Position numbers and translations under genes: made by a program
Source of the DNA: a virus
Lineage: Duplodnaviria > Heunggongvirae > Uroviricota > Caudoviricetes
Direction: 5' to 3' (one strand)
Length of the DNA stretch: 47,248 nucleotides
IMG/VR virus record: IMGVR_UViG_2711768052_000011
The notes under the pieces: model-generated
The model's input: only the letters and a program-made list of their open reading frames with translations
What the model was told of the DNA's origin: nothing
Database searches by the model: none
Shown: positions 11,540-21,296 of the stretch, piece by piece
Numbering within the stretch: position 1 is the first letter of the stretch
Layout of the letters: each line of letters begins with the position of its first letter

Positions 11540-12211
11540 TCAGCGACCAATCACCACAACCTGACCACCGTCCCCTTCGTCTGCCGTGCTGATCTCCTGA
11601 GAAACCACGCGTGACCCCACGCGCATTTCCCCGTACAGAACAGGCAGAACATTGCCCTGGGCAACCATGTTATCCAGTGAGGAGAAATAGGTGTTCTGCT
11701 TACCGTTATCCGTTGTCTGTGTACGGGGAGTTCTGGCTTTCGGTGCCAGCATCTGCGCCACACCACCGAGCACCATACTGGCACCGAGAGAAAACAGGAT
11801 GCCGGTCATACCACCGGCCCCAATGGCTGCCCCCCATGCTGCAAGGGTGGCTCCGGCGGTAAAGAATGATCCGGCAATGGCGGCAGCCCCCAGGACAATC
11901 TGGAATACGCCACCTGACTTGGCCCCGGCGACTCTGGGAACAATATGAATCACAGCGCCATCAGGCAGAGTCTCATGTAACTGCGCCGTTAACCCGGACG
12001 TGCTGACGTCCCGCCCGGCAATCCGTACCTGATACCAGCCGTCGCTCAGTTTCTGACGAAACGCCGGGAGCTGTGTGGCCAGTGCCCGGATGGCTTCAGC
12101 CCCCGTTTTCACACGAAGGTCGATGCGGCGACCAAATCGTTGTAAATCCCCGTAAAGGCAGATGCGCGCCATGCCCGGTGACGCCAGAGGGAGTGTGTGC
12201 GTCGCTGCCAT
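11540..12211 (-). CDS. I: tail tip assembly protein I
   Basis: 223 aa matching lambda gpI by recall; 103-nt overlap with K as in lambda. Confidence 0.9.
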   Translation of the reverse strand: MAATHTLPLASPGMARICLYGDLQRFGRRIDLRVKTGAEAIRALATQLPAFRQKLSDGWYQVRIAGRDVSTSGLTAQLHETLPDGAVIHIVPRVAGAKSGGVFQIVLGAAAIAGSFFTAGATLAAWGAAIGAGGMTGILFSLGASMVLGGVAQMLAPKARTPRTQTTDNGKQNTYFSSLDNMVAQGNVLPVLYGEMRVGSRVVSQEISTADEGDGGQVVVIGR

Positions 12212-12852
12212 TTGTCGGTGTACCTCTCTCGTTTGCTCAGTTGTTCAGGAATATGGTGCAGCAGCTCGCCGTCGCCGCAGTAAATTGCGGCGTGATTCGG
12301 CACTGATGAACCAAAACAGCACAGCAGCACATCGCCCGGCTGTGCCGCTGACAACGGCACCTGATACAGCCCCGTCGCCTCCAGATTATCCAGATAGAGA
12401 TTCTGGCCGTTACGCCACCAGTCATCCTCACGATGAAAGTCCGGCATCTCAATCCCCGCCAGATGATAAGCATCCCGGAACAGTGTGTAACAGTCCGTCA
12501 CACCGTGCTCAAAGCGCCGCCCGGTGAGATGCGGCACACAGCGGAACTTATGAATCGTCCCCCGGCAGACCAGCCACCACGGCAAATCACTCTGCACCTG
12601 CAGCCGCCGGTCGGCCTCACTCAGCCAGGGCAGACCACCGGGGTGGCTGTGGACCAGCGCCACAATCTCACCCTGCATTTCTGCCTGCAGCCAGTCTTCC
12701 GGCGACATACGGAAATACGCCTCCGGCTCACCGGAGATATTCACGCAGGGAAAATATCTTTCCCCCTCCGGCGTGCTTACCACGAAGCCGCACGACTCCG
12801 CTGGCGCACATCGCCGGGCGTGCGCCAGAATCGCTGATTCTGTCTGTGTCAT
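12109..12852 (-). CDS. K: tail tip assembly protein K (NlpC/P60 plus JAB/MPN-like), long form
   Basis: 247-aa ORF; classical lambda K (199 aa) would start at internal Met MSPEDW (approx. 12708); HSHP motif present. Confidence 0.85.
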   Translation of the reverse strand: MTQTESAILAHARRCAPAESCGFVVSTPEGERYFPCVNISGEPEAYFRMSPEDWLQAEMQGEIVALVHSHPGGLPWLSEADRRLQVQSDLPWWLVCRGTIHKFRCVPHLTGRRFEHGVTDCYTLFRDAYHLAGIEMPDFHREDDWWRNGQNLYLDNLEATGLYQVPLSAAQPGDVLLCCFGSSVPNHAAIYCGDGELLHHIPEQLSKRERYTDKWQRRTHSLWRHRAWRASAFTGIYNDLVAASTFV

Positions 12853-12857
12853 GGGAT

Positions 12858-13556
12858 TTACTGCGAAAGTTTGTTAATGGAAAGGAAGCCGCCAAAGTTG
12901 CCGACGTTATTGCGGAACTTACAACCGCTCAGGCATTTGCTGCATTTATCCTTCGTGATATCGGACGTTGGCTGGTCATATTCATCCGCGACAGCCGGAC
13001 CGCTATAACCGCACTCGTCACCGCGATAGGTCCAGGTGCAGGTGTTGGCCAGCATGATACGTCCCGGAAAAACAGCGCCATCCGTTTCCGTCGGCGTGGA
13101 CAGTACAAAGGAGGCACTCACCGCGCTCAGTTCGCTGCACTGCTCAATGCGCCAGCGGCTGATCACCTCCTGCTCCGGATCGGCGTCACTGTTTCCGTTG
13201 ACGAAGTTCACCGCATCCAGAAAACGGGCGTAAACCTTACGCCGGACCACCGTTCCGCCGACCAGACTCTGCAGATCTTCCGCCATCCCGGTGACCATAC
13301 CGTACAGGTTAGAAACCGTCAGCGTGGGGCGCGTACTGGTGCCTTTGCCATTCAGTTCAAAACCACTCCCCTGAATGGGATACGGCTGATACTGTCGCCC
13401 CTGCCAGGTGATCGGCTTACCTTTTTCGTTCTGCTCATTACAGAAAAAATAACGTTCTCCACCGACCTCTGTCAGATCGATTTCCCAGAGCACCACGCTG
13501 GCCGACTGCTCCGCACGGGTGCATTCATTCAATGTTTCCTGCCGGATATCCTGCAT
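12858..13556 (-). CDS. L: tail tip assembly protein L
   Basis: 232 aa, lambda gpL-like, Cys cluster near C-terminus. Confidence 0.9.
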   Translation of the reverse strand: MQDIRQETLNECTRAEQSASVVLWEIDLTEVGGERYFFCNEQNEKGKPITWQGRQYQPYPIQGSGFELNGKGTSTRPTLTVSNLYGMVTGMAEDLQSLVGGTVVRRKVYARFLDAVNFVNGNSDADPEQEVISRWRIEQCSELSAVSASFVLSTPTETDGAVFPGRIMLANTCTWTYRGDECGYSGPAVADEYDQPTSDITKDKCSKCLSGCKFRNNVGNFGGFLSINKLSQ

Positions 13557-13885
13557 CAGTTCACCACCTGTTCAAACTCTGCGCTGAACTCAACACGCAG
13601 CATACTGACCCGCGACGACCATTTTGCGCAGGTCACCTTTATCTGCCGCCACTCATAAGGCGGCGTCCACAGAAAGGATTTCCAGCCACCGTGCTCTTCC
13701 AGAAACGACTCCAGTACCGTGGCCTCCTCACGGGGGACAGAAAGCGTCACGCTGTACGTTTTCAGGTTGGCATTCAGCCCGGCAGGCGCTCGCTGGGAAT
13801 AGCCATCACCAAAGCGCACCTTTCTTACAGAAGGGGCCGAAGCCACATCCATACCGGGTTTCACTTTCCAGCGGAAGGTTTTCAT
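13556..13885 (-). CDS. M: tail tip assembly protein M
   Basis: 109 aa, lambda gpM-like, start overlaps H stop. Confidence 0.9.
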   Translation of the reverse strand: MKTFRWKVKPGMDVASAPSVRKVRFGDGYSQRAPAGLNANLKTYSVTLSVPREEATVLESFLEEHGGWKSFLWTPPYEWRQIKVTCAKWSSRVSMLRVEFSAEFEQVVN

Positions 13886-16443
13886 CGTCCACCTCCGGAG
13901 AACAGACCACCATCACGCATCTGCCCGGTCACAACATCCATTGCCGCCTTACGGGCTACGTCATAAACAGCCTTCAGCGCCTGTGGCCCTATCTGACCGT
14001 TCGTGCCGTCGTTGTTAATCACCACATGGTTATTCTGCTCAAACGTCCCGGACGCCTGCGACCGGCTGTCCGCCATGCTGCCCGGTGTACCGACATAACC
14101 GCCGGTGGCATAGCCGCGCATCAGCCGGTAAAGATTCCCCACGCCAATCCGGCTGGTTGCCTCCTTCGTGAAGACAAATTCACCACGGTGAACAATCCCC
14201 GCTGGCTCATATTTGCCGCCGGTTCCTGTGAATCCTCCGGTTGCAAAATGGAATTTCGCCGCAGCGGCCTGAATGGCTGTACCGCCTGACGCGGATGCGC
14301 CGCCACCAACAGCCCCGCTAATGGCGCTGCCGATACTCCCGACAATCCCCACCATTGCCTGCTTAAGCAGAATTTCTGTCATCATGGACAGCACGGAACG
14401 GGTGAAGCTGCGCCAGTTCTGCTCACTGCCGGTCAGCATCGCTGCCATATTCTGTGCAATACCATCAAAGGTCTGCGTGGCTGCACTTTTTACCTGCGAC
14501 ATACTGTCCGTGGCGCTCTCTTCCCACTCACTCCAGCCGGACTTCAGGCCTGCCATCCAGCTCCCGCGAAGCTGGTCTTCAGCTGCCCATGTCTTTTTCT
14601 GCTCTGACATGACGTTATTCAGCGCCAGAGGATTATCGCCATACTGTTCCTTCAGGCGCTGTTCCGTGGCTTCCCGTTCTGCCTGCCGGTCAGTCAGCCC
14701 CCGGCTTTTCGCATCAATGGCGGCCCGTTTTGCCCGTTGCTGCTGTGCGAATTTATCCGCCTGCTGCTCCAGCGCGTTCAGGCGCTCCTGATACGTAACC
14801 TTGTCGCCAAGTGCAGCCAGCTGGCGTTTGTACTCCAGCGTCTCATCTTTATGCGCCAGCAGGGATTTCTCCTGTGCAGACAGCTGGCGACGTTGCGCCG
14901 CCTCCTCCAGTACCGCGAACTGACTCTCCGCCTTCCACAAATCCCGGCGCTGCTGGCTGATTTTCTCATTCGCTCCGGCATGCTTCTCCAGCGTCCGGAG
15001 TTCTGCCTGAAGCGTCAGCAGGGCAGCATGAGCACTGTCTTCCTGACGATCGCCCGCAGACACCTTCACGCCGGACTGTTTCGGCTTTTTCAGCGTCGCT
15101 TCATAATCCTTTTTCGCCGCCGCCATCAGCGTGTTGTAATCTGCCTGCAGGATTTTCCCGTCTTTCAGTGCCTTGTTCAGTTCTTCCTGACGGGCGGTAT
15201 ATTTCTCCAGCGGTGTCTGCAGCCGTTCGTAAGCCTTCTGCGCCTCTTCGGTATATTTCAGCCGTGATGCTTCGGTATCGCTCTGCTGCTGCGCATTTTT
15301 GTCCTGTTGACTCTGCTGTTCAGCCTTCTTTCGGGCGGCTTCAAGCGCAAGACGGGCCTTTTCACGATCATCCCAGTAACGCGCCCGCGCTTCATCGTTA
15401 ACAAAATAATCATCCTTGCGCAGATTCCAGATGTCGTCCGCTTTCTTAAACGCAGCCTCTGCCTTAATCAGCATCTCCTGAGCGGTATCAGGACGACCAA
15501 TATCCAGCACCGCATCCCACATGGATTTGAATGCCCGTGCTGTCCTGTCTGCCCAGGTTTCCAGCGTGCCCATGTTCTCTTTCAGGCGTCGGGTCTGGTC
15601 ATCAAACCCTTTCGTTGCGGCCTCGTTCGCCGCCTGCAATGCCCCGGCTTCATCGCCGGAACGCTGCAACTGAGCAACATACGCAATCTGCTCCGCCGTC
15701 ACGTTATGGAACTGGCGCGCCATCGCCGTCAGCCCCGACGTCGGGTCAGTGGTCAGCTTCCCGAAGGCTTCAGCGACCTTGTCCACCTCCACGCCGGATG
15801 CAGAAGAGAAACGCGTCACACTCTGGCTGATGGACGCAATCTGAGCCTCACCGCTTACCCCCGCCTTAACCAGTGCGCTGAGTGACTCGCTGGTCTGGTT
15901 AAACGTCAGCCCTGCCGCCTGCCCGGCTCTGGACAGGACCAGCATACGATCTGCCGTCAGACCCGACTGATTGCCGGCAAGGACCAGCGTTTTGTTGAAA
16001 TCGGACAGGGTTGAGTTGCCCTGATACCAGGCATACGCCAGCGCACCGGTCGCCACCGCCAGCGAGGTGGCCCCGACCATCGGCAGGGTGATCGCACCTG
16101 CAAGCCCCCTGAACATGGGGATCATCCCGCCGAAGGAGTCCTTCACCTGCCCCCCCTGTTGCAGCAGGATCAGCCACGGACTTTGCCCGCCTGCAAGCTG
16201 CGTGGCCACGTCGGTGAACTGTGCAGGCAGCATACGCATGGCGGCTTTATACTGCCCGACGGAAATTCCCGCTTTCTGTGCAGCCAGCGCCTGCCGGTTC
16301 ATCGACTGTTCAACGACTGCCGCTGTTTTTTTCGCATCACTTTCCGTACCGGAAAAATGACGCCTGACTCTGGCCATCTGCTCGTCAAATCTGGCCGCAT
16401 CCAGACTCAAATCAACGACCAGATCGCCTACCGGTTCAGCCAT
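13882..16443 (-). CDS. H: tail tape measure protein H
   Basis: 853 aa (same as lambda gpH), coiled-coil-rich, position between T and M. Confidence 0.9.
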   Translation of the reverse strand: MAEPVGDLVVDLSLDAARFDEQMARVRRHFSGTESDAKKTAAVVEQSMNRQALAAQKAGISVGQYKAAMRMLPAQFTDVATQLAGGQSPWLILLQQGGQVKDSFGGMIPMFRGLAGAITLPMVGATSLAVATGALAYAWYQGNSTLSDFNKTLVLAGNQSGLTADRMLVLSRAGQAAGLTFNQTSESLSALVKAGVSGEAQIASISQSVTRFSSASGVEVDKVAEAFGKLTTDPTSGLTAMARQFHNVTAEQIAYVAQLQRSGDEAGALQAANEAATKGFDDQTRRLKENMGTLETWADRTARAFKSMWDAVLDIGRPDTAQEMLIKAEAAFKKADDIWNLRKDDYFVNDEARARYWDDREKARLALEAARKKAEQQSQQDKNAQQQSDTEASRLKYTEEAQKAYERLQTPLEKYTARQEELNKALKDGKILQADYNTLMAAAKKDYEATLKKPKQSGVKVSAGDRQEDSAHAALLTLQAELRTLEKHAGANEKISQQRRDLWKAESQFAVLEEAAQRRQLSAQEKSLLAHKDETLEYKRQLAALGDKVTYQERLNALEQQADKFAQQQRAKRAAIDAKSRGLTDRQAEREATEQRLKEQYGDNPLALNNVMSEQKKTWAAEDQLRGSWMAGLKSGWSEWEESATDSMSQVKSAATQTFDGIAQNMAAMLTGSEQNWRSFTRSVLSMMTEILLKQAMVGIVGSIGSAISGAVGGGASASGGTAIQAAAAKFHFATGGFTGTGGKYEPAGIVHRGEFVFTKEATSRIGVGNLYRLMRGYATGGYVGTPGSMADSRSQASGTFEQNNHVVINNDGTNGQIGPQALKAVYDVARKAAMDVVTGQMRDGGLFSGGGR

Positions 16444-16870
16444 ACCGGACTCCTCCTGCGATCCCTTCTGATACTGTCATCAGCATTGCGTCATCCTCCG
16501 TCATGTCCGCCACATCCGGGGAAGTAGGGATAACTTCATTCCCGTCCGGGCCAAAGCGGACACCTCCGGCAAGCCCTGCCGCTTTCTGCATCAGCACATC
16601 ATCTTCAGGCTCTTCGTCAGCCTCGCGCCGGTTCAGCAGACTGAAATCCAGCGGATGCATATCCGGATCGCTGAAAAACAGGCTGAGCACGGTGTACGTC
16701 AGCCCGGAAAAGTGCATATCCAGCAGAACATCATGAAAATAATGGGTACTGTAAAAGCGGTGCCAGTCGGCATACTCCGTGGATGACATCCCGGCAAGCA
16801 TGGCACGCCAGTCGGGTCGCCCCATCTCACGCGCCAGTTTCAGGGCAAAACTCAGCTCACCGTCGAACAC
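16436..16870 (-). CDS. T: tail assembly chaperone T frame (expressed as G-T fusion by -1 frameshift)
   Basis: 144-aa ORF overlapping 3' end of G in -1 frame; slippery heptamer at G/T junction. Confidence 0.85.
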   Translation of the reverse strand: MFDGELSFALKLAREMGRPDWRAMLAGMSSTEYADWHRFYSTHYFHDVLLDMHFSGLTYTVLSLFFSDPDMHPLDFSLLNRREADEEPEDDVLMQKAAGLAGGVRFGPDGNEVIPTSPDVADMTEDDAMLMTVSEGIAGGVRYG

Positions 16871-17274
16871 TTTCCCGCAGAAACAGGCTCTGCAGGCCCG
16901 GCGTCCTCTGCCTGTTCAGGGGAATTATTCACCACAAACTCAGACATTCCGGACAGACGTAACACCACGTTTTCAGCCTGAGCAATTGCCTCCGTGGGCC
17001 AGGTGGTAAGCACTTCCTGCTCAATCTGCGTAATGGCTTCATTCATGGACGGCAGCTTTGTCTTCTGCGGATGGTTATGCCACAGAGACATCGCCACCAG
17101 AAACGCCCCGCCTCTGATAAGATCCTCTACAGACACCTGCAGGTTGCCACTGGATTCAGCCTTTTTTTCCTGCTCTTTCAACCAGGCAAGATGCTCAATA
17201 CGCTGCAGGGCTGACAGTTCAGAAAGCGTGACGGTCACACCGTTATGTTCAAATGATTCGGTTTTCAGGAACAT
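16852..17274 (-). CDS. G: tail assembly chaperone G
   Basis: 140 aa, lambda gpG-like, acidic C-terminus. Confidence 0.9.
   Translation of the reverse strand: MFLKTESFEHNGVTVTLSELSALQRIEHLAWLKEQEKKAESSGNLQVSVEDLIRGGAFLVAMSLWHNHPQKTKLPSMNEAITQIEQEVLTTWPTEAIAQAENVVLRLSGMSEFVVNNSPEQAEDAGPAEPVSAGKCSTVS
16870..16876 (-). other. programmed -1 ribosomal frameshift slippery site (G GGA AAG) for G-T fusion
   Basis: Plus-strand CTTTCCC is GGGAAAG on coding strand, located at G stop / T overlap as in lambda. Confidence 0.8.
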
Positions 17275-17289
17275 CGCTGACTCTCCGGA

Positions 17290-18030
17290 TTAACTGGCGG
17301 TGACGTTGATTTCTGCAACCGCAGCAAGTTCACCATTACCGGATACAACCGGAATGTTGACCTTACCTGCAGCGACGCCTTTCACAGTGATGGTCATACC
17401 ACTGACCGACACGGTGGCTTTTGTTTTATCCGCAGACACCGCACGAAAGCTCTTGTCGGTTACGCCCTCCGGCTGGAAGGCCACGGTCAGCGTGGTGCTC
17501 TGCCCTTTCACCACCGAGGTGCTGGCAGGCGTCACGGTCATGCCGGTTGCCGCTGTTACCATGCTGCGATCTTCTGCCATCGACGGACGTCCCACATTGG
17601 TGACTTTCACCGTGCGGGTGATCACTTCCTTCGCCGTCACCGCCTTACCGATACTGCTGACCCAGCCACGGAACACATCGACCGTGCCGTTCGGGAAGCG
17701 GATTTTATAGGCACGGGTATCGCCTTCATTAAACCACGCCAGCAGCGCCTGCTGCCCCTGCTCTCCGGGCATCCACGCCAGCGTGAAGCTGGTATCTCCG
17801 GCAGATTTCTGCCCCTGCCCGGTCGCAGTCCAGTCCGCATCCTCATCATCGAGATAGCTGTCGTCATAGGACTCAGCGGTCAGTTCGCCGGGCGTCAGGT
17901 CTTTAACTTTAGCCAGACGCGACCAGTCAACGTCTGAAAGCGGGTTCGCATAAGGGTCACCGTTCCCCTTATAAACCCACAGTGTGGTCCCGGCCCCTTT
18001 CACCGGCATTGTTGGATTTGGTACAGGCAT
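17290..18030 (-). CDS. V: major tail protein V
   Basis: 246 aa from [16 protein letters not shown], lambda gpV-like including C-terminal Ig-like domain. Confidence 0.9.
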   Translation of the reverse strand: MPVPNPTMPVKGAGTTLWVYKGNGDPYANPLSDVDWSRLAKVKDLTPGELTAESYDDSYLDDEDADWTATGQGQKSAGDTSFTLAWMPGEQGQQALLAWFNEGDTRAYKIRFPNGTVDVFRGWVSSIGKAVTAKEVITRTVKVTNVGRPSMAEDRSMVTAATGMTVTPASTSVVKGQSTTLTVAFQPEGVTDKSFRAVSADKTKATVSVSGMTITVKGVAAGKVNIPVVSGNGELAAVAEINVTAS

Positions 18031-18037
18031 AGCGTCC

Positions 18038-18433
18038 TCACATTTCATAGGTAATGACATAAGTCAGATCGGCTGAACTCCACAGGCCCGCATCATCGTC
18101 GCGCCGGTAGTCATAGCCGCTGGCCACCATACTGGTGATCAAATCTGACAGTGCCGGGACATCGCTCATCACCGGATAAATCCGGGACTCCATCCACGCA
18201 TCCAGCTCTGAATCCGGCACCTGAGCAGGCAGGAAAACTTCGATATGCAGCTCCGCCTGCCAGGTATCGCTGTCCAGCTCTTCGCCCGTGTATTCAGCGC
18301 CGGTGAGATAAACGGCAACTGCCGGAAAATCCGCCTCATCAAAAACAGCGGGGCGACCATCAAAAAGCGTCGCCCCGGTGTCATGCTTCTCCAGTGCATC
18401 CAGTACGGCTGCACGGAGTTCAGTATGTTTCAT
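18038..18433 (-). CDS. U: tail terminator protein U
   Basis: 131 aa, lambda gpU-like. Confidence 0.9.
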   Translation of the reverse strand: MKHTELRAAVLDALEKHDTGATLFDGRPAVFDEADFPAVAVYLTGAEYTGEELDSDTWQAELHIEVFLPAQVPDSELDAWMESRIYPVMSDVPALSDLITSMVASGYDYRRDDDAGLWSSADLTYVITYEM

Positions 18434-19008
18434 CGCTTTATTACCATTCTCAGTTGATGCTGCAGCGCATAGCCCAGCTCTTTCGGAAGACGTTCACGCC
18501 GTATCCGCTCAATATTCTGTTTAAACGCCGTGGTCAGCGGCACCGCCATCGGGATTTTCACCACATCAATGGGGTAACGGTTTTTCCCGGCCACACGCTG
18601 CATGACATGCCAGCGGCCATTTTTCAGTTGCTGAATAAACGCGCCGGGAATACGACGGTTTCCCACCACAAGCACGCTGCCGCCACCTTTCAGGGATGAA
18701 CGCTGCCCCTTTTTACGACGCCTGCGGCGCGAAAGGACAACCCGCGCATTACCCAGCTTGATTACGGGCAAATCCCCCCGGTTAACTTTGATTCTGGCCT
18801 GCGGATTTTTGACCGTGGCCCTTTTCAGCCTGGCCCTTTCCTTTACCAGTTTCCGGCGTACCTTTGTCTCACGAGCAACCTGTGACGCCGACTGCGATAT
18901 CGCGGATGAAGCAACGCGGTTAATGGCCATTGCGGCGGCACCGGGCACCGCCGTTTTACTGATACGGCTGAGGTTTTCAACGGCCTGCTCAAGACCTTTT
19001 ATGGCCAT
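18430..19008 (-). CDS. Z: tail completion protein Z
   Basis: 192 aa, lambda gpZ-like, basic RRRRRKK stretch. Confidence 0.9.
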   Translation of the reverse strand: MAIKGLEQAVENLSRISKTAVPGAAAMAINRVASSAISQSASQVARETKVRRKLVKERARLKRATVKNPQARIKVNRGDLPVIKLGNARVVLSRRRRRKKGQRSSLKGGGSVLVVGNRRIPGAFIQQLKNGRWHVMQRVAGKNRYPIDVVKIPMAVPLTTAFKQNIERIRRERLPKELGYALQHQLRMVIKR

Positions 19009-19019
19009 ACATCCCCCTT

Positions 19020-19373
19020 TCAGCGGCGACGGTTAACGGCAGGCGGTACGCCCCGCCCAAGCCAGAGATGACAGCTTCCGCCATCATCCGGCGAAATCCG
19101 GTCTATCCAGAAGTTTTCCTCACCGATGGTCAGCGTGTCGCCGCGCCGCAGCTGCCGCACCTCATCAGTCCGGACAAACAGGGACGGGCTGGAGCCTTCA
19201 ACGCGTACGCCCTGTCCGGCATAGCTGATATTTTCAGGGTCATCAAAAACACCACATATCACAACACCGGACTGCTCACCGGATGTAATGATGGCTGACG
19301 TTCCCATGTACCCGCGTATCGTTTCATCGGCGCGGGCAATGGCAGCATCGAACAGGTTATCGAAATCAGCCAC
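19020..19373 (-). CDS. FII: head-tail joining protein FII
   Basis: 117 aa, lambda gpFII-like. Confidence 0.9.
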   Translation of the reverse strand: MADFDNLFDAAIARADETIRGYMGTSAIITSGEQSGVVICGVFDDPENISYAGQGVRVEGSSPSLFVRTDEVRQLRRGDTLTIGEENFWIDRISPDDGGSCHLWLGRGVPPAVNRRR

Positions 19374-19384
19374 AGCGTCTCCCG

Positions 19385-19786
19385 TTATTGCATTCTGGCC
19401 AGGCCGCGCTCTGTCATTTCAGCTGCCACACCGGCAGAGACACGGAACGCCGTTCCCGGCAGCACAAATGCCACAGGTTCATCCCGCATGGCGTGGAGTG
19501 CATCGGTATGCAGCGTCACCAGTGCCACGACCGTGACCAGCTCAGCCGCATCCTGAATCACGGTATCCGGCTGCGCTGATACCACCTCATTTTCATGTCC
19601 GGTCAGCGCATTTTCCGGGCTGAGAGGTGTGTCCTGACCAGCAATGTCATCCGTATCATCAAGCTCTTCTTCCAGTTCGGCCACTCGCTGCGCAATATCT
19701 GCTGCGCTTCCCGACATATCCGGTTCCCGACCCAGAATCCGGGACAGTTCACCAAGTCGTTTCAGATTTTGTTCTTTCGTTGCCAT
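19385..19786 (-). CDS. FI: DNA packaging protein FI
   Basis: Start at MATKEQNLKRL; C-terminal half matches lambda gpFI by recall. Confidence 0.85.
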   Translation of the reverse strand: MATKEQNLKRLGELSRILGREPDMSGSAADIAQRVAELEEELDDTDDIAGQDTPLSPENALTGHENEVVSAQPDTVIQDAAELVTVVALVTLHTDALHAMRDEPVAFVLPGTAFRVSAGVAAEMTERGLARMQ

Positions 19787-19836
19787 ATCAGTTCCCTGCG
19801 AAAACAACACGGGGGCATTTCACCCCCGCTCACGGA

Positions 19837-20865
19837 TTATTTCACCTGTACCACCACAAACTCATCAGGATCCGGCAGTACCATCAACGGCGCGGACTGC
19901 GTCATAGTGAATTCACGGGCAGGGTCACCCACCGTCATCCAGTGTTTCGGATAACGGGAAGAGGACACCACACCTTCAGACAATGCCTGCGCATCCTGAA
20001 TTGCGCCGTAGCAACGAATCCCATCTGCAGCAGTATTCCCCAGGACCAGCGTGCCGTCTGGCAGATAACGTTTTTCGGTACCATCCTCTGCCACATAAGA
20101 CGTTTTTGCCACCACAATGGCCAGATCGCCGTAATACCCTTTGAAGGACACCACTGCGCCCAGATCTTTCACTGCCGTTTCGAGTTGTGAATTTGAACCG
20201 CGACGGGTATCCAGTTTTTCGCGGAACAGCTTAAAGCCATTCAACAGACGCCAGGCCTTGCCATCCATAATGGCAATATTCACCAGGCCACTGGCCTGAT
20301 CGCAGTACATGTCAATATCATGTGTCGGGTCAAACGTATCGCGGTTCTGATTTGACCACTCACTCCCACCTGCCTGTGTAATATTGTTTTTCGTTGATCT
20401 GCCGAAATCGACCTCAATTTTCTCGAACTGCTCCCCTTCCATGGTGTACTTGCCATACAGCACGGCATTCACCGCCTGCATCTCTTCCACCTGGACAATG
20501 GCGTGTTCTTCCTGTTTGAGATTATCGGTGATGATACGCAGACGACGGTAAGCCGGATCGTTCAGTTGAGCTGGATCTTCACCGGGAAGACGCTCCACCG
20601 CCTGCTGGTAATTAAATTCGTGTTTCGGCTTGACGTAACCCGGACGCAGTACGCGGGTTTCACCGCCACGGTGACGCAGAACCCTGCCCTCAACAACAGG
20701 AGAAACATAGGCTGCCACCGGCGTTTTGCCGGTAATTTTATCCAGCATCACTTCTTCTGTATGGAAATTGATCGTGCGACGAAAAAAAAGCTCCAGAAAC
20801 AGAGCACGAAATTTCACTTTTTGCTCGGTATAACCAAGCAACTGGCGGGTTGTAAACAATCCCAT
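19837..20865 (-). CDS. E: major capsid protein E
   Basis: 342 aa, lambda gpE-like along whole length by recall. Confidence 0.9.
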   Translation of the reverse strand: MGLFTTRQLLGYTEQKVKFRALFLELFFRRTINFHTEEVMLDKITGKTPVAAYVSPVVEGRVLRHRGGETRVLRPGYVKPKHEFNYQQAVERLPGEDPAQLNDPAYRRLRIITDNLKQEEHAIVQVEEMQAVNAVLYGKYTMEGEQFEKIEVDFGRSTKNNITQAGGSEWSNQNRDTFDPTHDIDMYCDQASGLVNIAIMDGKAWRLLNGFKLFREKLDTRRGSNSQLETAVKDLGAVVSFKGYYGDLAIVVAKTSYVAEDGTEKRYLPDGTLVLGNTAADGIRCYGAIQDAQALSEGVVSSSRYPKHWMTVGDPAREFTMTQSAPLMVLPDPDEFVVVQVK

Positions 20866-20937
20866 AAATATGGTTCCTTTAATTCAGAAAAAACAAAAGC
20901 CGCAATGCGGCTCTGTAAAAGTGAAATAAAATATCGC

Positions 20938-21282
20938 TCAGGCGTGGCTGATCGCACTGCCCACAAATGCGTTTGCTTGTTTCACCGCATCCACCGAATC
21001 AGGCCAGAGCAGCGATTCGGTGGCAAACGTACCGCTTTTGTAGTAAGTCAGCACAGGCTCGGTCCCGGCAAGCGCCAGTGCCAGCACACCCACAGCCGTT
21101 CCGGCTTTCTGACCATCCCAGACCACCAGTTTTCCGGTGGCGTCATCCAGCATCAGCGGCGTCAGTGCAGGTGTGGCAGACGTGATACCACTTTTACCCA
21201 CAGCTGTATGCACCGGGTCATTGCCAGCGAAAATGCGCGCACCTGTGCGCTGTTCAGTAACGGTTTTCATCATCAGTTTCAC
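20938..21282 (-). CDS. D: head decoration protein D
   Basis: 110-114 aa, lambda gpD-like (TPLMLD, YKSGTF motifs). Confidence 0.85.
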   Translation of the reverse strand: MKLMMKTVTEQRTGARIFAGNDPVHTAVGKSGITSATPALTPLMLDDATGKLVVWDGQKAGTAVGVLALALAGTEPVLTYYKSGTFATESLLWPDSVDAVKQANAFVGSAISHA

Positions 21283-21296
21283 CTCTGTAATTTTGC

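Noticed and set aside
14273-15885. Several 170-190-aa plus-strand ORFs inside tape-measure gene H
   Set aside because: Antisense to a lambda-like gene of correct length; Arg/Leu/Cys-rich composition
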